Shown one piece after another: positions 1 to 13,465 of a DNA stretch of 64,000 nt. Positions within the stretch are counted from its first letter, which is position 1; each line of letters begins with the position of its first letter. The position numbers were made by a program, and so were the translations under genes. Source of the stretch: Lytechinus pictus (taxonomy: Eukaryota); NCBI RefSeq assembly GCF_037042905.1, contig NC_087252.1, positions 10,046,001 to 10,110,000 on the forward strand. Direction: 5' to 3'. Under the pieces are notes generated by a model. That model was not told the origin of the DNA and did not search any database. It worked only from the letters and a program-made list of their open reading frames with translations.

Positions 1-687
1 GTCGATTTCCCTCGTCTCTTCAATAAACGAATGTTTGTCTTTTACATCATTTTCCTTTTTTGCTTTCCTACTTTCAATAGCGTCGATAAAATATTGTTTA
101 GTTACAATTTCTTGTTTCTAATTTGTTACATTAAAATTTATATGTTGCTGGTAGTAACATGATTTACTATACCATTCACTGTAAAATAATCTGTCATTTA
201 TTTCATCACAATCATAACAATAGACAAACGTAATGTACTTTTATCGGTTCTCTTCCAATTGTTAATACAACATAAATAAACAAAACAAAAACAGATCAAA
301 GAATAGTAGCATAACATGCCCAAAACAAAATAGAGTACTGATATTAATCTAAATCTAAAATTTAGGTTAAAGCAAACACTTGCAAACCCAAATTAAACGC
401 TTACGACATTGGACATATTTTTCAATACTTCCATAAACGACTGGCACGTAGCCTATATGTATGTTCATCTTTATCTTCTGGCAGCCATTTAAAAACTCAG
501 AAGAGTTTTGATCAATTTAGCCTCCTTCAGCCTTTGTTTGAATTTGTCTTTTTCTGTTCATGTGTGCGTTTGGAAGTCAATCAATCTTGAATATAATTAT
601 TTCGCATAAAAAGACATTAAATTAAAATCTGTGTTTGGCAAAATCAGTTGCTAGCTATCATTTGATATTTTTGTATGTTGGCTCTTT

Positions 688-856
688 CACTTAAAAATGA
701 AGTGCTAATTAGCACTTAGAGTGCTTGTATAGTGACTGCACTACGAGTGCTGATTTTCTAGTTCAAATTTAAACTAGAAAATCAGCACTCGTAGTGCAGT
801 CACTATACACAGCACTGTAAGTGCCAAATTAGCACTTCACTTCATTTTTTACAGTG
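688..856. mobile_element. Palindromic MITE (CACT...AGTG termini)
   Basis: Perfect 38-bp inverted arms at 726-763 and 772-809, extending imperfectly to the termini. A related copy lies at 2090-2263. Confidence 0.8.
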
Positions 857-1349
857 TTTTTTATTAAAGATCACGCGTTCCCAAGTGCCCAGCAAGACAT
901 TAAATAAAAATGAACAAATCAAACAAGCATAACAATAGCGCAGAAAATTTCATCAAATATTGGAGGCTATGAGTCACGATAGTTACCTGTAAATCATGGT
1001 TTGTTTGCAGATGAGAAAACCAATAATATATCACACTCCCAACTTCTTTCTGCATGTATTTCACAATAGGTATATAAGTATAGAATATTCCATCAAAAGG
1101 TTTGTATCGACTGAAATCGTATGCATAATGTGCACCTTTGTATAGATAATTGGTGCCTCATAAATGATATAATTACATGCATTTTAAAATTGTATACATA
1201 GTGAATATTTTGAAAGCAAGAATAATAAGAATCATATTGGTTTATTGTTTGATTATTCTCACTATGAATGAACATCTATTATCTAACAACAGTGGCTTAA
1301 TTTTTTGGCTTCGGTAATAAAGATACTCTTCACTCATTGAAACGAAACT

Positions 1350-1669
1350 AATACATCATACCTCAGTCACATTGGCTCTATATACGGCGGCCGCACGTAT
1401 GGCGAGTGAAAACAGCTCACGTATCCACCTTGCTATAGGTGCTCAAGGCGCTCCTATATTACCCCGGCTAAGCTACTCTACCGATTCTGATGCGCACAGC
1501 TTTTTTAGGAATTACTTCCTGCTTTGTACCCATTTGCCTCACCTGGGTCGAGTGCAGATGAGTGTGGATAAATTTCTTGCTGAAGGAAAACACACCATGG
1601 GTAGGATTCTAACCCACGACCATCTGTTTGCAAGGCGAGAGTCAGAACCACTAGACCACGACGCGCCCA
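1350..1669 (-). mobile_element. tRNA-derived SINE
   Basis: The minus strand begins GGGCGCGTCGTGGTCTAGTGG (A box) ... GGTTAGAATCC (B box), then CCTTCAGCAAGAAATTTATCCAC...GCACTCGACCCAGGTG...AATGGGTAC, a typical invertebrate SINE body. Confidence 0.8.
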
Positions 1670-2089
1670 CGTATTAGTTTTACACATGTGAAATGCAAAA
1701 AAAAAATCATGTTATAAATATTGATTGCTTACTAACCTGTCTGAGACAAAGCGATGACGGTGAACACCAGTAGACCCAAGGAATACATCTTGCTGGAAAA
1801 CAAACGGTTGCTTTGATAGGTTATCTGTCAATTACTGGTCTACATCCCCTTATTTTACTGCCCGTTTTTTGTCTCATCGCACATGGTCTAATCATATTTC
1901 ATTTATGAGTTCGTTTTAATACTATCCATTTCGTCTAATTACCATTTAGCCCATTCACTATTTTGTCTAATTTCCGGTTAGGTCATCTCGATCATGGCTA
2001 GATTTCGTCAAGTAACTACTTGGCCAAACGCCACTTAGTCTAAATGGTCAGATGAATTGGTAATCATATCAGAAATTAAGGTATACGTA

Positions 2090-2263
2090 CACTCTAAAAA
2101 AAAAGTGCTAAGTTAGCACTTAATGTTCTTGCATAGTGACTGTACTTTGAGTACTAATTTTCTAGTTCAGATTTGAATGACAAATCAACATTTAAAGCAT
2201 GTAAAGTGCAGTAACTACACAAGGACATTAAGCGCTAAATTTGCACTTCATTTTTTTAGAGTG
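2090..2263. mobile_element. MITE, CACTCTAAAAA/TTTTTAGAGTG TIRs, TA flanks
   Basis: TIRs are visible directly and the interior is homologous to 688-856. Confidence 0.75.
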
Positions 2264-4771
2264 TACGTAGAGGAAGTGTAGCTAAGACCAAATGGCAATA
2301 ATACCAATATAGGGCTTTCCCTTTGTCATTTTTGTGGTATGCATGTGAGAAGAAAACCAAATGCTTGTAGAGGAAACGAAAATTAACCTTTTGAATAATA
2401 GAATTGATGGATTAAAAAATCAGCACAGTCGAGTCGGTTATATCATGTTCTTATATTTTCCATTTAATATCTGGCCGACCTCACCTTTCCTCGGGTAAAT
2501 CGGCCAAATCCCTCAGCTTAAATAAAGTCCGAGTGCTCTAAGTTAAGTCTATAAGGAAAGTTATACGGTACATGTACGCCAGCTGCTTGTCGGTACACTG
2601 ACAACGTCCAGGTTTTGATCTCGAACTTGAGCTGTAAAAATCAAAGAAGGGAGCTGCTTCACAAGTTGCTCGTCGCGTTTAACTTGATTTAAAAAACAAC
2701 CGCAACAAGGAAAGTTATATTTTTTTAAAGCCAATAAATCCGAAGATAGAAATAAAAACATTGTATTAATGTCTGTATGGCCACAATTTCAATGCACAGT
2801 TTACATGGTATATCGGCTGTAATAATTCAAATGAAAGCGCTCGAGTACGCGTACGCGTTCTAAGAACAACACTACGAATTTATACAAAACTTTATAAGTC
2901 GCTAATTACTCTCACACTGACATGTACCTTAAAAACATAATATACGTATTATCTGGTACTTACATTCAATTAGGTGATTGGGAAACAACCTAGATGTAGG
3001 TGATAATGCTTTTTTGAAAGTTTCAGCTTTGTCAGAGAGTCAAATACTGACCGAAACCTGAAAATAGTCTGCAAATTCAAATACTCATCATGTTTATTTA
3101 TAGGAAGGTAAATATGGAAATATCAGGCGGATAGGTATGGAGTGTATTGTGCTGGTAGCTAAGGGGGGGGGGGGGGAGGGGTCGTGAAAATATTTATTTC
3201 AAGAGGCAACCCCCGAACAAGTGGTTTAAAAAAAAATCAAATATAAATATGTTTATAATTGTCCACTTTATTCTGCATTATTTTTTAAGGGTCACTCTAG
3301 AATTTGAGAGAAAATGGGGTAAGGGCTACTAAAACCCATTTGCAGTTCACCCCAACGTCACTTCATCATGCCATCTCCATGTTGGTTGAAAGGGGTCCCA
3401 AGTGCCTCAGTTGACGTCATATTTAAATATACTTAACTTTGCAAATATTAGCCTTTAAATTCTCGTGATTTCTTTTTCTATTCCACGTTTTTTTTTACAA
3501 CATCCCATAACTCTCTCAAAACTTACAAAGTAAACCAGAATAAACTTTAATTTCGAACGGGAAAATGAACTTCTAATTTCAAGCTTCTTTGGTGTTGAAA
3601 AGGCATTGTTATGTTACCGATATATGGTAATTCCCATGATGATACTTTATCATGATAATTTACTTTATTAGACAGTTTCAAATGAGGGTGAGGTATTGAT
3701 TGGCACAAACCTTTAATAAAGCTTCAGAGAGGATATAACTTATTGGTAAGAAAGAGATTGCACTCAAAGGGGAAGTTTATCTGACGAAAATTCTATTGCC
3801 AAAATAGCTGAAAATGTGTAAAGGTCTTAGGAAAATCTATCAGAGAATTAACAAGTTATAAGAAGTTTCTTTTTTGGGACGTAACATGCGAGCAGCTTTC
3901 CATGTATTGTGAATTAAAGAATAATGAAATGTCATATATATATAATATACATATATATGATAGCAAGAAATTAAGTGTACTTTCAGTATGTCAACAGACA
4001 CCTCATTTTACACCCACTCCTGAAACTAAAATAAATAGTCATCATGGACCATCAAAACATTGAAATTTTTGGTAGTATTTTTTTGCGTTTTTTACAATAA
4101 AAATGTTGGACGATCCCCTTTATTTAGCGCACCGTACCTTGTATACAAGGTGTGAGCTCCTTTTTGTAATTTTATTAAACGAAAAAGCTCCCTCTTCTTT
4201 TCGCTCTCTCTTTACTAACAGTTCCTGTAAGTTATTGGAGGCGAATTTAAGGAAACACATCCCCGTTCTTATTCTGCCCTCCCTCTAACTCTAATCCCAT
4301 TTCTCACGTTTCATTTATATTTGAAGGACTAAACAATTTCATAGACGGATGTTAAACGGGGACCTCTTCGGGTCGGATGTAATGCCTTTATATCCTCTCA
4401 TTTGCCTCTTCGGTAGATTCACAATACGGTGCGCCACATGTCATTTGCAGCGAACTGGCCGAAATACGCAATGCCTCATGGAAAAAATAAACATCTTTTG
4501 AGCGCGCTCGGCCGTTTGGAACAGTCTGAACCGGCTCGGCGGGTTCGCATAGAATTATGCTGTTTACCAGGGTCTAGGAGGTGGGAAAGGAATTTGCTGC
4601 AGATTTCTTTGCAAAATTTAGACCGTTTTCTGTGAATCCTTCCTCCGCTTATATGGTTTTCATTTTCGAAGCATCTGTACACCAGCACTATGCGCTGCCT
4701 GCGCTTAGCCTGCGCGTGATGTCGACCCAAAAGAAAGAAATAGGTCTGCCCGCTGCAAACCGATAGATGGC

Positions 4772-6450
4772 CAGTGGCGTAACAGGCGGGGGGCAGGGGG
4801 GGGGGCAAGCTGCCCCTCCCCCTGGCGGATTTCACCGGGAAAATAAAAAAAAACGGGAAAAGAAAAAAAGGGAGGGAGAAAGAAAGGGAAAGGGGGAGGA
4901 AAGGGGAAAAGGAAAGGAGGAAAGGGAAAGGGAAAAAGAAAACGAAGGTTTCTTTTTTTGAAATGGAAAAGGAAAAAAAGCGGGAAAATGTACGAAAGAA
5001 AAACATTTGACAAAGAACAAATCATTCCGTAATAGGCTTATGTAATGCAGTAGCTTGATGGAAAATAAATTAAAATATGACAAAATGACAAACAATGGCG
5101 GGAAACGAAGGTAGAATGGAATTAGTCAAAAGCTAAATTAGAAAACAAACAAAAGGGACAAGAAAAAAAAAACAATAACACGACCGGGCTGCCGAGGATT
5201 GAAAATAAAGAGCGGGAAGAAAGATGACCTGCACGCAACATTGTGCTATAAGCTTGCTAAATTTTATGCAAAGCAGTAGGGGCTCTTCATCTATAACCAT
5301 CAAATGGCTCTATAACGCCCCCGTTCAATCACGTTCAATCACTGGCGTACAGGCGCGGGGAGGGGGGTCTTGGTTCCACACCCAAGAGGAAATAAAATAA
5401 ATTATACAGGAGACAACGTATAATTAAATGAATGGAAACAATGAAATGTGTTATTTGCTGTCAGCATTGCTGAATATAATGGAAAAATCTATCACATAAT
5501 TATAATTCAATTTCAATAGGCAATTTTCCAGCTCGCTTTGCATGTTGGCGACTTTTAACAAATTCAATTCAATTCACTTTACTCACATCCATTAAAAAGG
5601 TACAATATACAATATTATATGAACAATAAAAAACAATACATAAAAAATCAATATAATGACAAATAGAAAGAGTAGGACCAACATGCAGTGGATGTAGGAT
5701 GTAAATTTTCCCACAATGCTATGTTTTACCACCTCAAATATTTGGTTCATTACGCAACTGGGTTGAATAAACGTGTTGTGTAAAAGCTATATTCTGTAAA
5801 TACTCGCGATTTGATTAAAATAGCGGCAATCTGCGAGGTTTAAGTAGCTTTGATATCAAGAAGTTCCGGGGGGCTCCGCCCCGGACCCCAACCGCACAGC
5901 ACTGCCATATATGAGTTCTACAAACAAGAACAAAAAAGAAGGAGGAAAGAAAAGCAAAGGAAAAGTGTAGGATATCATTTTATTTCCTGAATATAATTTC
6001 AAAAATATCTCAAAGGTAGATTCTCATGAAAAAGGTGATTTTTTCTCGCTCGCTTCGCTCGCTCGGGACTTATATTAAGCAGCTTTTTATCACATGTGAC
6101 ATACTGCGCCCCTCGTTTTTTTTTACTCTTCACGCTACTGCCGCAAAGAATCCTAATCACAGTGGCGTTCAGACCACAAAAAAGGAATGGAAGAGAGAAG
6201 AGTGAAATATATTATTTTCTGGATATCGATCATTTCAAAATCTATCACAAAAATTTTTGCTCGCTCGCTTCGCTCGCTCGCAACTTTAAAAAAAAAAAGA
6301 TAAATTCTGCCCGATACGCAATATCTGGCCCTGTCAAAATAGTCGCCTTATTACACCATTACGCCTGTTCATACCATGATATGACCGGGAAATTTTTGGC
6401 TCTTGCCCCCCCCCCCCCCCCCCTGGCCACCGACCCCTGTTACGCCGCTG
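4772..6450. mobile_element. hAT-type non-autonomous element
   Basis: TIRs CAGTGGCGTAACAGG / CCTGTTACGCCGCTG. 8-bp TSD TAGATGGC at 4764-4771 and 6451-6458. Internal CGCTCGCTTCGCTCGC motifs. Confidence 0.9.
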
Positions 6451-7164
6451 TAGATGGCGCGCCGTATTGTGAATCCACCGAATTGTTAACCATTCCAGAT
6501 TATTCAGATCATGGTCAAGCCAGAAGGTGTAGAAAGTCGCCATAAATGAGCGTAATCCGAAAACTCTTATTCGTTATCTTAAGTCAAACTTAACGTCTTT
6601 TTAATATGTGCGCTTGACTAACTCTGTGAGGAATTAAGGAAATGGATAGTATATGCATGATTTCTTTTAATGAGCCCTAATTTACCAACTGCCTATGTAC
6701 ACAATGTGTACACTTAACATTGTTAACCAGTAACACAATCATTAGATGCATTGTTGTCTACTTAGTTTGTTTGTCATGACAGAAAAAAGCAAAATAAGGT
6801 CTTGATGTACTCGAGATGACATGGGGAGTGAAAGAGGCACCCATCAAGGCGGTCCGACACCAACAAGGGATACCCCTTCAGGCAGAGGATACAGGACTGA
6901 GAAGAACAACCTCCACAGCGTCGACAATCCTTGCAAATGTCGTGAGAGGAATGGAAGACGTGAAGAGGAGCATGAGTAGAGCCAATGGAAATAAGTTATT
7001 TATAGGCGGGCTAAGAGAAATCATTTTTACCACCGACACAGGAATCCCAATCTAACATAAATCAAAATCAATCTGGATTAGGAAATTAAAATTCCAATAC
7101 CAAACAAAATCTACAAGAATATTTAATTCGAATGTTTAGAGAACTATCTCAGTCAGCCCATTTT

Positions 7165-9720
7165 GTAAATGTATGTGATCGGTGGCTATCAGAAAGTGAA
7201 ATTACTGTTTTGAAGGGCGCTAAATTCACGCTAGTATTAAAGAGAAATAATACTGAACTGTAAAGAAAGATGTCAAAGATTTTTTTAGGAAATTACAAGA
7301 ATGCATCGCAGATAAGAACATTAAATTGGTTGCTCAAGCAACCGATCAATGTTGATTAAATTGAATTTAGAATAAAAAAGTACATTCGTCAATTTGTAAG
7401 ACCATTAACGAACCTCTTTGCCTTATAACGAAATCAAAAGCACATGATAAATATTGAAAAGATTAAATTTGAAAAAGTCTTGACCATAAATTCATCTGAA
7501 TTAATATGAATGAATTTTAGTGTCTTTAAGTGTATGCCACTGTCTGATTTAAGGATTTGAATAAGCGGTATCTCCGGAAAACGATAACGCTTGAATCTAA
7601 ATGCACAGTAATAGATTTAAGTGAATCCTATGTATACTTTTACGAGAAAACCTATAATTATTTTTCTACGAAAAAAAGAAGGGTACATAAATAATGTTGA
7701 ATACAAGACAAGTTATTTCAATGGTTTACCAGAAATACATCAAAGTGAACGTATGGAAGAAAACATTTTAGAGCAGCAAACGTATTTCGTACAGTGTGGT
7801 ACTGAATCAAAATTGAGACTAATAATTGCTAGACCACTATGCCCTACTCATCGTGTTGGTAATTTGATCGATGTTGTGCTAGAACCTTTCTTGAAACATG
7901 AAAAAAGTTATGTTAGATATGTAGTATATATCTATCGAATTACCTACCTGAAAATATTGTTGATAATAGTTTGTTTTGTTACTTTTGATGTTAACAGCCT
8001 TTAAACTAATATTGATAATCAAGTTGGATTAGATGATATTCGAAACTGAAGATCTAAGTCTAAGGTTAAGTAAAGAATTTGTTTTAGAAGCAATTGAATC
8101 AACCTTAAAAAAACAACATACATGTAACTGGAATATAATGGATTTCTAAAAAAAAATCAAAGAAACAGTAATGGGGACGGAAATTGTTCCTACATAATTA
8201 TGCAAACAAGTGTCTTTGTTATCTGAGGAATAGAGTTCGATTCACCAAATGCTTAGGAGTTTTGATAGATGAAGAACTGAAATGGTCAAAACAAATTTAA
8301 AATGTTCAGAAAAGTATTGGCATAATAAAGAGAGCGAAAAGTTATTTGCCTGTGCAGTCCTTAAAGTTGCATTATAACAGTTTAGTGTTGCCAAGATTTG
8401 ATTACTGTTCTGCTGTATGGTCGAATAGATTTCAATCCCATACAATTAAGCTGCAACAAATTCAGAAGAGGGCTGCAAGAATAATATTGAACAAGACATA
8501 CGATACACCGTCGGCTGATTTGTTCGCAAGTCTTAAATGGATGACACTAGACAAACGATTTGAGCTCAGTCGCATTTTGATGATATATAAATGTGTTCAT
8601 AATTTAGCACCTTCTTACCTTCAGGTAAACTTAACCAATCCAAATGATGTACATGAACATCATACCAGACATAGAGACAGTGGATATTTACGCGTGGCCA
8701 AGTTTCGCACTGATTGTTATAAGTGTAGTCCAATTGTAGCTTCAATATTTGAATGGAGTAAGCTTGATAATTTAATTAGAACAGCTCCTCCTGTCATTTC
8801 ATTTAAGAGAATGCTTAGAAGAACTTGTAATTTATAAATAACTTGCGGAACATCCACTGTTGTGCGTATTTTGTGTTAGCATGACCTTGATGATTTGGTG
8901 TATATTATCAGTATTTTCAAGATGTCGTTCTTAGTTAATTTGATTTATTGATATTTGATTATACGTCAAACGAGTGCCCGTCTGCGTTTTTTTGCTGCTA
9001 AGCTTGTTAATGTTTCGTTTTACATTCAAATCCTAATGTGAATCTTAAAGCTGTAACATTCTGTACATACGTTATGCATTTTGTAAATATGTTTATTGTT
9101 ATTCAGGGCCCCATGGAAGACCACTAACTATTGGTGAATGGGCTACCCTTTCAAAATATCAGAAATAAATAAATAAATAAATAAATATATGTAAGAGAGT
9201 AGTAGAAAACATGTCTAAAGTAGCAATATATACGTGGATAAAAAAAACGCAGAAATATTTGGATGATTGTTTTTTCATCAAATTGAGAAAAGAAATGAGA
9301 TGTTCAAGTCTTTTATAGTATTCTTCAAATCTTCATGAAGATGTTATGTTAAGTTCAAAACTGATGTTTCAGAAGAAAGCGTTGAATTTTTTATAATGTA
9401 ACTAGAAAAAGTATGTATATATATATTCATAAAATTACAGCCATTCATCAATATTTGCATCTTAACTCCTGTCATCCATGGCACATAAAGAAATGTTCCA
9501 TAGCCCCTATATTCAGGCGAGAAGAATTTATATTATTGTATCCAATGAAGAAATCAAAGAAAAGGGACTGAAAGAATTCAATGCTTTTAACCAAAGGATC
9601 TTATCAAAGTTTGCCAGACAAAAAGGACGTTTTATAACACAAACTATGTATAAAAAAACAACAACAAAGAAACATATTGATTACTTGGATAATATTGTTT
9701 TCATTATTGCCTATTAAAGT
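7165..9720 (+). pseudogene. Decayed Penelope-like element reverse transcriptase (interrupted by a LINE)
   Basis: Fragments translate to PLE RT motifs in order: FNGLPEIH, LRLIIARPLCPT..V...ID..LEPF, FDVNSL*TNI, MGTEIVPT, KYLDDCF, HQYLHLNSCHPWHIK and PYIQARRI. There are many frameshifts and stops. Confidence 0.8.
8232..9186 (+). mobile_element. 5'-truncated LINE (CR1/L2-Crack group): ORF2 C-terminus, 3' UTR and (TAAA)n tail
   Basis: ORF 8346-8837 (YNSLVLPRFDYCSAVWS..KLQQIQKRAARII..LKW). 3' stem-loop near 9104-9149 and (TAAA)n at ~9165-9186. The paralog at 11080-11120 shows the empty site. Confidence 0.9.
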
Positions 9721-11329
9721 TATGCTTGACCTGTGGAAATCAGCATGGTTTAATACGATTATTTAAAAATTAAAGTAATATGATTAAAGAAATGTTTAAG
9801 ATGAACTACTAGTTTCATACGTTGATACGTCACTGTCTCGATACAAATGAATAAAAGCTTATCTTACTACCAATTAAATGACCCTTCAAATCGTAAGACA
9901 GTTGAAAAGTGATGGTAACTATACTCTGTAATAAATTCAAGGTAACGATTTTTTTTGTATCCGTAGTAGACTCAAATATATTCAGTCGACGATTGCATGA
10001 AGAGCAACATGACCAATAATTGTCATAGAATCAAGAATGACTAAATATCATTATTCCTTTAACAAATTATCAGTTAGTACATCAAATGAATAATATTTTT
10101 CAGATAAAAATAAAATGTAAACTTTCGGAGGTTTCTCCAACTATCACAATAAACATAGAGAAAGAAAAATTATTCAACTTGAATTTGCCAGTTATTCATT
10201 GCAATCGTAAGCAATGAAATTCCTAAAAATGTATGGGCGCTGTGGCCCCTCCATGGCTTTGTTGAAACTATAAGAGAAACCTTTTTTAGAAGTATGCATG
10301 AAAAAGAGATTACTAATTTGTGTAAATACTTGAGACACATGACTTATTCACAGTCAGCTTGTTTAGCCTCTTATTGCAAGATGCCTCCGCGTGTAGCCAT
10401 CTGCACACTGCTTGGAACCGGACGCTTTGTCTCGGCTTGTTACTATCGTTTGCGTTCACGGAGCGGGGATGGAGCAGGGGTGACCGCACACTTTCGAGAC
10501 AACCAGGGCAGGTTTTCAGGAAATGTTGTTCTGAGTAGTCTCTTGCACACTTGTTGTTCGTGTCTGTGTTAGTTTGTGTGAGGGTATGGAGGCATAATTG
10601 AGGTGAGGGTGTGGGGTATGTGTAAGAAAGTTTTGGTTCGTGTGTGGGTAACTGTAAATGAGGAAGGAAAAAAGGGGGAAACACATTTTTTGCGCATTTT
10701 CATTTGAAGCTTTTTTTATTTTCAACAGTCTCGGCGGGGCGTGCGCGGCGCGGACACGCCGTGTCGGTACCGAACAAAGACGTTAAGCCCAACTTGCACT
10801 ATGCAATTCATTGCGATCCGAATTTCAGAAATTTAAATATCATAGAAATTTAAATATCATAACTTAAAAAAAAATCTTAGCGATCAGAGTTCAAAATAGT
10901 GGTAAGACTAACTGAAGAACTAAGTCTAAGGTTAAGTAAAGAGTTGGTTTCAAAAGCAATTGATTTAAATTTGAAAAACAACATACATGTAACTGGAATG
11001 AAATGGATTTCTTAACAAAAATTAAAAAAAATAGCGATTTGGACGAAAATTGTTCCTACATAATTATGCAAACAGGTTTATCGGTTATCTGAAGAAACAA
11101 CTATCTTACTATGTAAGAGAGTAGTAGAAAACATGTCTAAAATAGCGATATTACACGTGGATAAAAAAAAATCGCAGAAATATTTAGATGATTGTTTTGT
11201 ATCATATGATGAAAAAATGAGTTGTATTTTATGGTATTCTTCAAATCTTAATGAAGATGTTAAGTTCAAAACTGATGTTTTAGTAGATAACGTTTCCTTG
11301 TATTTTAAAGTAACCAATATATATATACA

Positions 11330-13465
11330 TGTATAATTTCACACATTTGTATACTTTCTCCCATACGTGTACTGTATCAAAGCAATAGCTTTGATCCAGC
11401 TGAGGCATGGCGGCTTGTCATTGTTCAAAACCCACCTTCACCCGACAAAGGAAATTATAATTGGTATAGTGTCGAAAATCTGTCTATCTGACGGTCAATC
11501 GGATCGGGGTCGCCCTAGCCACTAACCCGTCTCTGTGGTCTAGTGGTTAAGGCACCGGCGTTCAAAGCTGGGGGCCCGGGTTCGATTACCGGCAGATAAT
11601 TTTTTTCGATATTGCCAATTTTCCAAAAGAGCAGATAGCTCTTGGGAACCTTGATTTAATTAAAGGTCCTATGAAATACAGCAAAGATGCTGATTTATTC
11701 GTTAGCTTAGTGGTTACTAATAACGATTTAATCAAAATTTTACCCGAAGAACATCCCACATCAGGTTCAAAGGCAGTTTTATGTTGAAAATTAAGCCAAA
11801 TTCGCCACGCCCACAAAAAATCAGCCCGATTTGGTTTCGTATATAACGTGACAATTATGACGTCAGGGGAAGAATCTGCTGAGTGTTGCTGACGTTTGGT
11901 GCGTGAAGTGCCTATTGTGGTTGCACATGTGGATTCACATGTGCAATAACTAGGGGTCCGGCTGCACAGCTGAGAAAGCTTTCTTTCGATGACGTCACGA
12001 TGATTGACAGGTCGATCGGCCGACTTTTTCGAAAATGTTAGTGTGCGTTCCCGTTCAAGTTCATTCCGGACCTTTCGTTTGAGGACGCGCACGCTTATTT
12101 ACGACGTTAGTTGATTTTGGAAGAGACTTTTTGGGCCCGTCATCATGGTCGTCCTGCAATGCAAATTGTGTGACATGAGATTTTTTTTTCGTTTCGCATC
12201 TGCGACGGAAACATTCAATATGCGTTTCGTGTGCAAAATTTTGGTTGCTACTATGGTAACAGCGATATATCTCATTGAGGACGACTTTCCAAAGCCACAT
12301 TTGACTCCTCCTAGAGCTCGAGAGGCCGCCCGGGGGGCCCACTTCCATTGATTAGTGGATCCCAGGAGCGACCACGCGTAAAAGGGGACAGAGTGGGCAG
12401 GTACGTTACGTATAGGCCTATGTAACGTTATAAGGGTGTCAAAACGATGTTTAAAATGCTGACAAAAAAGGGATATCCAATACTTGTAGGGTTTCACAAG
12501 CCAAATTCTTGTTAAGAGATGCATTTTCATAATCTGGAAAAGAATTACTTCCCAGCTTGTTTAGGGTATTTTTCGAAACCCCATGGTCGTGCCTGGTATC
12601 CACTCATTAATGGAAGTGGTCCCCCCGGAATTTGAATCTAATCCCCATTTCTGGGGGAAGTAAAACATAATGCCCATTACATCGTGTGCGAGAGGCATAT
12701 CGTTTGTGTAGAAGGAATAAACAAAAGAAACAAAAGAAACAAAAAGAAACGAGTTCAAATATATTACATAATGGTGTGCACATATCAACTCACGCGAAAT
12801 GTTCGGCTGGAGAGGTTGATCTGACCCATGAAATCAATTGCCAGTGATACACCAATAATCCACATTAAATGTAATATCGATTCGATGGACTGTAATGATC
12901 TATATCTAAGCCTTCATTCAGTAAGTTTTTCCTCACTTAATATGTACTCGATTTGTTTGAAAAACCACTTTCTTATCTATGTCATAATCTATTTTAGGTC
13001 TTCATTTCGAATATCTCAAACCATCAGTCGTAATATACATGCTATGTATGGTGCGAGTGTCGCAGAAAAGGATTTTGCACACGAAAAGCAGATCTGTAGG
13101 GCCTGTAACCCCCCTGTAACACAAAGTTTAGCATTGATTGTAGAGCAGTTTTCTACGTTTGATTCTATTGACTATAATGCACATTCAATCTTAAAAATCA
13201 AGTGTATGATTAAGCGTTAACTTTTGTGTTAGGGGACCCTAATATTAGCGTCCGTGAGGATTGCGAAAGGTCCCAATTTCCATGGAATAACTCAACATCG
13301 GTTCGTCGTATACAGAAACCGATGGCAAATTCGTATTTTTCAAGTAAAACTACCCAAGAATAGATATATATCCAAAATAAGATGGCTTTTGTGTCATATA
13401 TAGGACCTTTATGCTACGCCTACCATTGTGCTCTTCATCCATTTCTTTCACAATATATATTTACT
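11330..13465. mobile_element. ~2.1-kb insertion (possibly composite) at a TA-rich site in the PLE copy
   Basis: It is absent from the paralogous site at ~9405-9425. TTTCACA occurs near both ends. It contains the tRNA-like head, a CpG-rich middle and a small MITE (13110-13240). Confidence 0.7.
11529..11600 (+). tRNA. tRNA-like cloverleaf with TCA anticodon (pseudo-tRNA/SINE head or opal-suppressor-like)
   Basis: GTCTCTG TG GTCT AGTGGTTA AGGC A CCGGC GTTCAAA GCTGG GGGC CCGGG TTCGATT ACCGG CAGATAA. A and B boxes are present and a T7 Pol III terminator follows at 11600-11606. There are two acceptor-stem mismatches and one T-stem mismatch. Confidence 0.65.

Noticed and set aside
2473..2515. HDV-like ribozyme candidate (GGCCGA...TCGGCC)
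   Set aside because: The hairpin is present, but there is no GG for P1.1 and no convincing P2/P4 or catalytic C strand.
4476..5095. Phe/Pro- or Lys/Glu-rich ORFs
   Set aside because: They come from a purine-rich low-complexity tract inside a hAT MITE.
11529..11600. tRNA-Sec
   Set aside because: It has the UCA anticodon but only a 4-nt variable region and a standard 7/5 fold, so it lacks Sec architecture.
11586..12530. Overlapping 95-168 aa ORFs in the 2.1-kb insertion
   Set aside because: No recognisable domain. Open frames are expected in this more GC-rich stretch.
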